Shown piece by piece: positions 57,243-64,000 of a stretch of DNA of 64,000 bases (within the stretch, counting starts at the first letter, position 1; every line of letters begins with the position of its first letter). Source of the stretch: Candidatus Magasanikiibacteriota bacterium (GTDB lineage Bacteria; Patescibacteriota; Patescibacteriia; Magasanikbacterales; UBA922). The translations under genes were made by a program, and so were the position numbers. The notes below the pieces were generated by a model. That model was given only the letters and a program-made list of their open reading frames with translations. It had not been told where the DNA came from and searched no databases. Where the stretch lies: NCBI GenBank assembly GCA_003510435.1, contig DOMK01000009.1, forward strand, positions 24,675 to 88,674, written 5' to 3'.

Positions 57243-58673
57243 TTATTCCTTATTCCTTATTCCTTTCAAAAATGGAGAACCAACGGCAATAACATCAAAC
57301 CCGGCTTGTTGTAAATCAATATAATTATGTTGCAACATCCTCCGTCCATCCATTATAAGTGGTCTGTTTGGTAATTGCAAGATCAATTCCCCTAAGCCCC
57401 TAAATTGTGGCCAATCTGTGGCAATGATAATTACATCCACACCATTAGCTCCCCCTATAGGAGGGGTGGTAGGGATGGCCATCACACATTCTATTTCACT
57501 TTTACAATATACAAACTGATTTGATTCTGGAAAAACTTGTTTAAAAAAGTCCATCCCAGCCGGATCATAAATCTGGACAGTCTTAACTTGTTTTTCTTTC
57601 AAAAAATTACCAATCTCAATACTAGATGAATTGCGAATATCATTTGTATCACGTTTAAAAGCCACTCCGAGCAAAGCCACAGTTTTATCTGTCCAATCAA
57701 TTTGGGCTTCTTTTTCTGCTCGACCAAGAAAATTTTCTAATTGACGTTTATTGGCCAAATAAGTTTCATTTACCAGTATAGCATTAGTTCCCGTCGTCTG
57801 TAATTGATGAGATAATGATCTGGCATCTTTTATAAAACAACTACCTCCAGCGTAAAGACTATCATATAGTCCCCAGGAACCAATTCTCGGATCAGTGGTT
57901 AAAATCTTGCGTAAATTTTCAAATTGCAAATCAGAAAAAGTTTCACAAGTCCGACCGATCACATCAAAGCAAATAGCTAATTTGTTAAATAAATAAAAAT
58001 TGGCTAATAGTTTACCAGCGGCAGCTTCTTTTGGATTCACTTCTACATATTCGACATTGGGAGAATTGTAAAATCTCTGATAAACTTGTCTCATTATTAT
58101 AAAATCTTTTTCAGCCCAAGCGCCCACCACAATTCTATCTGGTTTTAATGAGCCAGAAATCGCTTTACCTTCAACTAAAAATTCTGGATTAGAAACTATA
58201 CCATAATTTTTTACCCCAGCTTTATCCATTATTTCTTGCGTATGATTTACCATATCAATCGGCACTGTACTCTTATTAACAATAATGATATATTTTTCTT
58301 GCTTACTTTGATTGCGTTTTAATAAACTGCATGCTAATTTTTCGGCCGCGTCAAAATAATAAGTTAAATTGCTCTCCCCTGTCTCGCCAATTTCCGGTGT
58401 AGGCAGACACATAAAAATAGCATCACAATCATCTAAAAATTTTTCTACCAAATTATAATCAAGCGTAAACTCGATTCTTTCTTTATTTCTAATTAATAAA
58501 TCTCCTAAGCCATTTTCAAACAAACAAGATTGTATGGTATCACGATCCCCGGAAGATAATAATTTTATTTTTTCTTCACTAATATCATACACCAAAGTAT
58601 TGTGTCCACTATCAGCTGAGACAGCGGCACTACATGCTCCAACAAAACCGGCTCCTATATAAAGTAACTTCAT
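57243..58673 (-). CDS. UDP-glucose/GDP-mannose 6-dehydrogenase family (Ugd-like)
   Basis: N-terminal IGAGFVGA and GGSCFIKDA catalytic Cys region. Confidence 0.8.
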   Translation of the reverse strand: MKLLYIGAGFVGACSAAVSADSGHNTLVYDISEEKIKLLSSGDRDTIQSCLFENGLGDLLIRNKERIEFTLDYNLVEKFLDDCDAIFMCLPTPEIGETGESNLTYYFDAAEKLACSLLKRNQSKQEKYIIIVNKSTVPIDMVNHTQEIMDKAGVKNYGIVSNPEFLVEGKAISGSLKPDRIVVGAWAEKDFIIMRQVYQRFYNSPNVEYVEVNPKEAAAGKLLANFYLFNKLAICFDVIGRTCETFSDLQFENLRKILTTDPRIGSWGLYDSLYAGGSCFIKDARSLSHQLQTTGTNAILVNETYLANKRQLENFLGRAEKEAQIDWTDKTVALLGVAFKRDTNDIRNSSSIEIGNFLKEKQVKTVQIYDPAGMDFFKQVFPESNQFVYCKSEIECVMAIPTTPPIGGANGVDVIIIATDWPQFRGLGELILQLPNRPLIMDGRRMLQHNYIDLQQAGFDVIAVGSPFLKGIRNKE

Positions 58674-58677
58674 AAAA

Positions 58678-59427
58678 TTATTTTTTAAATAAATATTGTT
58701 TAATTTTAGATAAAATACGTCTTGTAATAAAAAATCTTGGAATTTTAAAATTATTTATAGCCCAAGCTTTTTTTAATTCTTGCCAGCCTTTTTTCCGTTG
58801 TTTATAACTCTGTCCACTAAAACCACCTTCTCGCATACAAACAAAAGTTTGTGGTAAATAATTAACTTTCAAACCATTTTTTAAAAATCTTAACATTAAT
58901 CCATAATCCGCTGCAATTCTAAAATCCAAATTGAATAAACCAAATTTATTATAAATCTCTTTTTTCACAAAAAAAGCTGGGTGGGGCATTATCCAACCAC
59001 AGTTTAATTTTTCTTCTTTATATTCCCCTGCTCGCCAAAATCTTACTTGTTTTTTTATATCTTTTCTATTCACATAAATAATATCACCATAAACAGCGTC
59101 TGAACTGGTATTTTCAAATTGACTGATGATATTATTAAAAATTTGATCATTAAAATAAAAATCATCAGAATTTATAATTCCTACCACTTCACCCGTAGCC
59201 ATATTTATTCCTTTATTCATAGCGTCGTAAATACCTTTGTCTGGCTCAGAAACTATTTTAGCAATTTTATCTCTATACTTGTCTACTATTTGCAAAGTAC
59301 TATCTTTTGAACCACCATCAACTATTATATATTCCAAATCAGAATAATTCTGGGCTATTACACTTTTTATAGTATCTTCTATAGTTTCAGCGCTATTATA
59401 GGAAACAGTAATAATTGATAATTTCAT
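58678..59427 (-). CDS. glycosyltransferase family 2
   Basis: SIITVSYNSAETIEDTIKSV...IIVDGGSKD. Confidence 0.8.
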   Translation of the reverse strand: MKLSIITVSYNSAETIEDTIKSVIAQNYSDLEYIIVDGGSKDSTLQIVDKYRDKIAKIVSEPDKGIYDAMNKGINMATGEVVGIINSDDFYFNDQIFNNIISQFENTSSDAVYGDIIYVNRKDIKKQVRFWRAGEYKEEKLNCGWIMPHPAFFVKKEIYNKFGLFNLDFRIAADYGLMLRFLKNGLKVNYLPQTFVCMREGGFSGQSYKQRKKGWQELKKAWAINNFKIPRFFITRRILSKIKQYLFKK

Positions 59428-59429
59428 AT

Positions 59430-60632
59430 TTATAATTCATTATAAAGTTTAAAATAACTAGACAGAAATCTTTCTTTTGTATAATTAGCCAAAATATATT
59501 CTCTAGCATCAATTCCTTTATCTTTTAAAATTTCTTCATTATTTAATAAATCTACCATATTTTTAGCTAACTGTCCACTATCAACAGGCACTAATCTACC
59601 TACTTTTTCATTAATTAAATCTCTTAAAGCTAAAATATCAAAACCCAAAACTGGCAAACCACAAGACAAAGCTTCTAATACTGTTAAAGGCATAGTTTCA
59701 ACCAAAGAAGTAAAACATAAAACATCTGATAAAGCTAAATAGTCAGATAATATATGTTTATCTTTTATATAACCCACCAATCGGACATTTTCTTTTGCAT
59801 AAAAAACTCCTTTACCTAAACCTAAAAATAAATAATCATTTTTATCTAAAATTTTAATTAAATCAATAATATAGTTCATTCCTTTATTTTTGTCTTTAAA
59901 ATCACCAATATTAAACAAAATAATTTTTTTGTCTATGGGCAAATTATATTTTACACGTAAAGCTGTTCTGTTACTTGTTGGTTGAAATAAATTAGTATCT
60001 ACACCGTTAGTAATTGTTCTTATTTCAAACTTGTTTAAAAATGATTTTCTTATATTATTGGTCAACCACTGGGCAGGTGAAATAATTATTGGACTCCAAT
60101 CTAAACTAAAAATCTTTTTCTTTCTCTTCAAATTATACTTAGCTAAAATTGGCCAATAATTTTTTGGATAAGAATATTTATTTTTACATTTTCCCTCTAA
60201 AGTCTGACAGTGTTCACAACCCATACTATGTGCTGACAACCAAGTAATTGCCCATTCATCATGCAATGTCCAAATTACTCTAATTTTTTCTTTAGCCAAA
60301 AATTTTATAAAAAAAGAAAAATTTAGATAATAACCATGCAGATTGTGCAAATGAATCAAATCAAATTTTTCTCTTTTTATAAAATTAATTAACTTGCGAG
60401 TAGAAAAAAAATTACCAAAGCCTTCCAAGCCAAAAAAACGTACTAAACAAATATGAAATAAAGTTTCTAACCAATTACCAAAACAAAATACTCTTGGCAA
60501 ATTATTTTTTTTACCTCGACCAAAAGCGAAATAAAATTCACAATTATTATTTGTAGAAAAAAACAAATCCTGAGCAATGGTTGCTGCCCCACCCTGGTCA
60601 AAAGTAGTATTAATTATTAATACTTTTTTCAT
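59430..60632 (-). CDS. glycosyltransferase family 4 (GT-B)
   Basis: C-terminal TMPLTVLEALSCGLPVL motif. Confidence 0.7.
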   Translation of the reverse strand: MKKVLIINTTFDQGGAATIAQDLFFSTNNNCEFYFAFGRGKKNNLPRVFCFGNWLETLFHICLVRFFGLEGFGNFFSTRKLINFIKREKFDLIHLHNLHGYYLNFSFFIKFLAKEKIRVIWTLHDEWAITWLSAHSMGCEHCQTLEGKCKNKYSYPKNYWPILAKYNLKRKKKIFSLDWSPIIISPAQWLTNNIRKSFLNKFEIRTITNGVDTNLFQPTSNRTALRVKYNLPIDKKIILFNIGDFKDKNKGMNYIIDLIKILDKNDYLFLGLGKGVFYAKENVRLVGYIKDKHILSDYLALSDVLCFTSLVETMPLTVLEALSCGLPVLGFDILALRDLINEKVGRLVPVDSGQLAKNMVDLLNNEEILKDKGIDAREYILANYTKERFLSSYFKLYNEL

Positions 60633-61713
60633 ATTTTTCTTTAAAAATTTTTAAAACTTCTCTAGCTCTGTCACCTACTTCATGTTTGTCTTTTAAAAGT
60701 CTTTCATAACCAGCCTGAGCTACTTCTGTTCGTTTTTTTTCATTTGCCAAATAATATCTTAATTTTTCGAGTAATTCTTCTTTGGATTTAAAATAATCAG
60801 CCTCTTTGCCTTGTGCAAATAAACTATTCAAATCATCACTATATTCACTAAGCATCAAAGATTTCGTGGCTGGTATTTCAAAACACCGACGAGTATAAGT
60901 ATCATTATTTCTTTTGGATAAAAATACCAAACAAATTTTTGCACTATTCAAAGCTGAATTATATTCCACATTATCCAGATTATCAATTGGACCAATTTTA
61001 TGGGTAAAATAGTTATAATACTTTGATTTTATCCACGAAGACCCACCAAATAATTTTATATTTACTCCCCTGTCAAATAAAAATTTAATATATTCATCTC
61101 GACCATCGTCCTCAAAATGTCCTACAAACACCACATCAGATTTAAAACGGCTTTCATCATCTTTATCAATATAAAAATTTCTTTCTTTGATATAACATGA
61201 TCGAAGTAAACTAACATTACTGTATCCTAATTTTTTATAATCAATAATATTTTTTTCACGATAAGAAAAAATATGGTCATAAAATGGAATAGCCTTTATA
61301 AAATGACGCCAAAAATAAAAAGGATAATTTTTACTAAAAGGATCATCATTATTATAGCCAAATATTATTATTCCATTTTTTTTAATTTTTTTTAAAGTCT
61401 TTGCTAATATATGAGTTCCTCTATAGATAAAAATTAAATCTGGTCTAAATGCTTCTACTTTCTTTAACAAATCTCTATTTAAATATCCAAAGGCTGGACC
61501 AATCAAATACTTATTTTGAAATTTATAATAAATTTTTTCAAAAATATTTCTTTTTGTTTCCATGCCATATTGATAACCTTTAAAAAATTGCCACCAAGAA
61601 AATCTGTCAGTTTCATAACCACAATCAACAAAAGCCTTCAAAAAAGCTTCTTCATAAATAGCTGAATGAAAATCACCGACTACTAGAATTTTCATAATTA
61701 TTGGTAAAATCAA
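60610..61713 (-). CDS. GT-B glycosyltransferase, CgeB-like
   Basis: C-terminal ...RRCFEIPATKSLMLSE... region. Confidence 0.5.
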   Translation of the reverse strand: MILPIIMKILVVGDFHSAIYEEAFLKAFVDCGYETDRFSWWQFFKGYQYGMETKRNIFEKIYYKFQNKYLIGPAFGYLNRDLLKKVEAFRPDLIFIYRGTHILAKTLKKIKKNGIIIFGYNNDDPFSKNYPFYFWRHFIKAIPFYDHIFSYREKNIIDYKKLGYSNVSLLRSCYIKERNFYIDKDDESRFKSDVVFVGHFEDDGRDEYIKFLFDRGVNIKLFGGSSWIKSKYYNYFTHKIGPIDNLDNVEYNSALNSAKICLVFLSKRNNDTYTRRCFEIPATKSLMLSEYSDDLNSLFAQGKEADYFKSKEELLEKLRYYLANEKKRTEVAQAGYERLLKDKHEVGDRAREVLKIFKEKYEKSINN

Positions 61714-62611
61714 TAATATTATTATGGATTAAATACTGTTTTCCACAACTCTGACAGACGAGTACATTATCAATTCTGTTTAATTTGTCATTTTTGCAAT
61801 CAAGACAGACCAAATAATCAAAAATATTAATCAATTTATTACGCTTATTTTGAGAAAAAATTACTCGAAAAATTTTTAAAACAAACTGCTTTATTTTTAT
61901 TTTTAAATTAATATTAGCTTTTTGAGTTGATTCGGAATCTTGATATTGCCAATCAAATTTATATTCGGGATTTAAAATTTTATATTTAATTCCACCAGTT
62001 TGTCTATTCCAATAATAACGGACATGAAAATGAAATGGAAACTTAGTCAACCAATTGGGAAAAATTTCTTTTGCCTTGCCAAAAAGATGCTCCAAATCTA
62101 TATCAACAGTAGATGCTGTTTTTTTTCTAATCATTAGACAATTATTTTCTTCTGAAATTTCAAGCCGGTGTGCCTTATAATTAGTCAATCTCTCCATAAA
62201 TGCATCCGGCACTTCAATATAGCCTGCTTTAGCTACTCTCTGTATTTCCGATAAAAACTTATCTGGATCCATTGAGTGTTCCAAAACATGAGAAGCAATC
62301 AAAAAATCAAATGAACTATCCTTAAATGGTAAATTTTCCACAAAGGCCAAAACAGTCGGACGATCAGAGACTAAAGGGACAAAACCTCGTTCTCCAGTAT
62401 TAAGATAAGCATCACAAAGAATATTAGCTCTAAAATAAGGACTGCCACCACTACCTACCTCTAATACTAAATCTGTTTTTTTTACTGGACAATACAACCA
62501 ACGCAAAGACCAGGCCAAAGAATTCAAACCTAATCTGATAAGCAAATGCATTAAAAAACTTTCTTTTTTAAATATATTTTTATTTTCTACATTCAACATA
62601 TAATGATTCAA
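61673..62611 (-). CDS. class I SAM methyltransferase with a C-terminal CxxC...CxxC zinc ribbon
   Basis: VLEVGSGGSP and FDFLIASHVLEH motifs; CLDCKN...CQSCG. Confidence 0.65.
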   Translation of the reverse strand: MNHYMLNVENKNIFKKESFLMHLLIRLGLNSLAWSLRWLYCPVKKTDLVLEVGSGGSPYFRANILCDAYLNTGERGFVPLVSDRPTVLAFVENLPFKDSSFDFLIASHVLEHSMDPDKFLSEIQRVAKAGYIEVPDAFMERLTNYKAHRLEISEENNCLMIRKKTASTVDIDLEHLFGKAKEIFPNWLTKFPFHFHVRYYWNRQTGGIKYKILNPEYKFDWQYQDSESTQKANINLKIKIKQFVLKIFRVIFSQNKRNKLINIFDYLVCLDCKNDKLNRIDNVLVCQSCGKQYLIHNNIIDFTNNYENSSSR

Positions 62612-63278
62612 AAGTACCCACGTCTAAAGAATTAGTGTTTGGACACGCTCCAACAGAACAACTTTGTTTTACTATTTCTTTAAAAACCACACCATCCAGT
62701 TCCTTTTTCAGCATGGCAAAATCATACATATATTTGTGACCAGAAAAAATATATTCATAAGGTTTAAAAAAATATGATTCTAATATTTTTTCTTTATCTC
62801 CATCTTTAAACATTTCTAACACAACTTCTAAATCTGGCACCACCACTCTCATTAAACCACCTGGTTTTAATATCCGATAACATTCTTTTAAAAATTTTTC
62901 AGCATCTTCTTTGTAAAGATGCTCAAGAAAATGACTGTGATAGATAACATCAACAGAATTATCATTAAATGGTAAGCCTCTACGCAAATCATGAAAGTAC
63001 AAACCAATCTCTTTAATAATTCTATTGTATCTCTCAAAAGTATAATGTACAGATGTACCAGAAATGCCATAAAGTATTTTATTGATAAAGGTAAATTTTC
63101 TTGATCCTAGAAGAGCTGTTGGACCGGCATCAACATTATACCAACCGTCTTCAACTTCCATTCCACAACCAAAATTTACTTTAACTTCACCTGGTGCTGT
63201 TTTTATTTTTCTATTTTTTAATATAAACGAGAATAATGACACTAATATGGCAATAATTTTCTTTTTCATAATAAACAT
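62580..63278 (-). CDS. class I SAM methyltransferase
   Basis: VDVIYHSHFLEHL and ILKPGGLMRVVVPD motifs. Confidence 0.6.
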   Translation of the reverse strand: MFIMKKKIIAILVSLFSFILKNRKIKTAPGEVKVNFGCGMEVEDGWYNVDAGPTALLGSRKFTFINKILYGISGTSVHYTFERYNRIIKEIGLYFHDLRRGLPFNDNSVDVIYHSHFLEHLYKEDAEKFLKECYRILKPGGLMRVVVPDLEVVLEMFKDGDKEKILESYFFKPYEYIFSGHKYMYDFAMLKKELDGVVFKEIVKQSCSVGACPNTNSLDVGTFESLYVECRK

Positions 63279-63281
63279 AAT

Positions 63282-64000
63282 TTAATTTGATTTAAAAATT
63301 TTAGGAATATCTTTTATGGATCTACCTAGAGTAGAAAAAAACTTAGCTTTATTTTGTGCTAAAATAATATTTGGCAATAATGATAAGACAAGAGTGACAA
63401 AAATATTTCTGATAATTAATTTAGGGAAATGTTTAAAATATTTATACCACATGTAAAGATGATTTCTAAAAATAAAATAGTATCTTTCTGGTGAATACAG
63501 TGCCACTCTTCTACCTAAAAATTTTTGTGGTGTACCACCAACATGAAACAAATAAATATTTGAAACAAGAGATATGGAATAACCAGCCAAAATTGATTTA
63601 AGACAATAATCATAATCCACCCAATCAATAAATAATCTCTCATCAAAACCACCAACTAAATTATATAATTTTAAATTTAAAAAAGAACCAGACGTTATTA
63701 ATAATTGTACTGAATTTAAAGTTGATTCTAAATTCTCTTTGGGTGATTTATAACTACTATAATCTGTGGGTGTAATTCCAATCACAGAAATTTTTGACCA
63801 ATCTAGCGTATCGGCAAAAGCAACATATTTTTGTATCATTTGTTCGGAAAAAAAAGAATCTTGATCCATGGTTAACAAAATATCATACCCCTCTTGAATC
63901 GCTCTAACCGCGGTATTATTCAAAACATTAGAAATTCCATTGTTTTTAAGATTTGGAATATACTCAATTTTTGTAGACAAATCAACAACTGAATCTTTGT
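63282..64000 (-). CDS. glycosyltransferase family 2 (partial; N-terminus beyond the window end)
   Basis: TMDQDSFF and later GT2 motifs. Confidence 0.6.
   Translation of the reverse strand, partial: KDSVVDLSTKIEYIPNLKNNGISNVLNNTAVRAIQEGYDILLTMDQDSFFSEQMIQKYVAFADTLDWSKISVIGITPTDYSSYKSPKENLESTLNSVQLLITSGSFLNLKLYNLVGGFDERLFIDWVDYDYCLKSILAGYSISLVSNIYLFHVGGTPQKFLGRRVALYSPERYYFIFRNHLYMWYKYFKHFPKLIIRNIFVTLVLSLLPNIILAQNKAKFFSTLGRSIKDIPKIFKSN

Noticed and set aside
1-64000. CRISPR arrays, rRNA genes, transposases/IS elements, integrases.
   Set aside because: I saw no regularly spaced direct repeats with unique spacers. The repeat families found are palindromic single units or pairs. I saw no rRNA-like conserved stretches, and no ORF with a DDE/serine/tyrosine recombinase signature.

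Overview
The window is a 64 kb, low-GC (about 30-35%) bacterial chromosomal segment with small, tightly packed genes, most of them on the minus strand. I infer a Candidate Phyla Radiation / Patescibacteria-like genome, because it combines bacterial core genes (leuS, infB, glyA, tkt, gdhA, rny, hup, truB, tsaE, maf, queH, rarA, trxA, a PBP2/FtsI) with features common in CPR genomes. Those features are an archaeal/eukaryotic-type Elp3, an archaeal-type UMP kinase, a ComEC split into two genes, PilT, many SAM-dependent methyltransferases, and a large cell-envelope glycan locus. That locus spans 46.9-64 kb and contains GT2 and GT4 glycosyltransferases, Ugd and UXS (a UDP-xylose route), an epimerase, a priming sugar transferase, an S8 protease and a TSP3-repeat protein. 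There are three tRNA genes: Glu and Met behind a consensus sigma70 promoter, and Pro. The most unusual features I see are as follows. (1) LeuS carries an in-frame insertion of about 190 aa that is a YdeN/RBBP9-family serine hydrolase domain, placed between the two CxxC halves of a zinc knuckle. (2) A roughly 0.8 kb high-GC island between truB and rny encodes a 30-aa hydrophobic peptide and a 172-aa Cys/Trp-rich membrane-anchored protein with strong SD sequences. (3) A GC-elevated 0.8 kb non-coding block with two consensus promoters, a 62-aa membrane peptide ORF, a 3' half of tRNA-Pro and a terminator. (4) A LysW/amino-group-carrier-like zinc-ribbon ORF of 54 aa, absent from the ORF track, lies divergent from a threonine-synthase-like PLP enzyme. 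(5) At least four families of palindromic intergenic repeats occur. Some copies sit in frame inside truB and leuS, and some supply C-terminal tails to genes, resembling Rickettsia RPE behaviour. There is also a methyltransferase frameshifted in a poly-C(8) tract and a MurF-like ligase lacking its C-terminal domain. I found no CRISPR arrays, rRNA genes or recognisable transposases.
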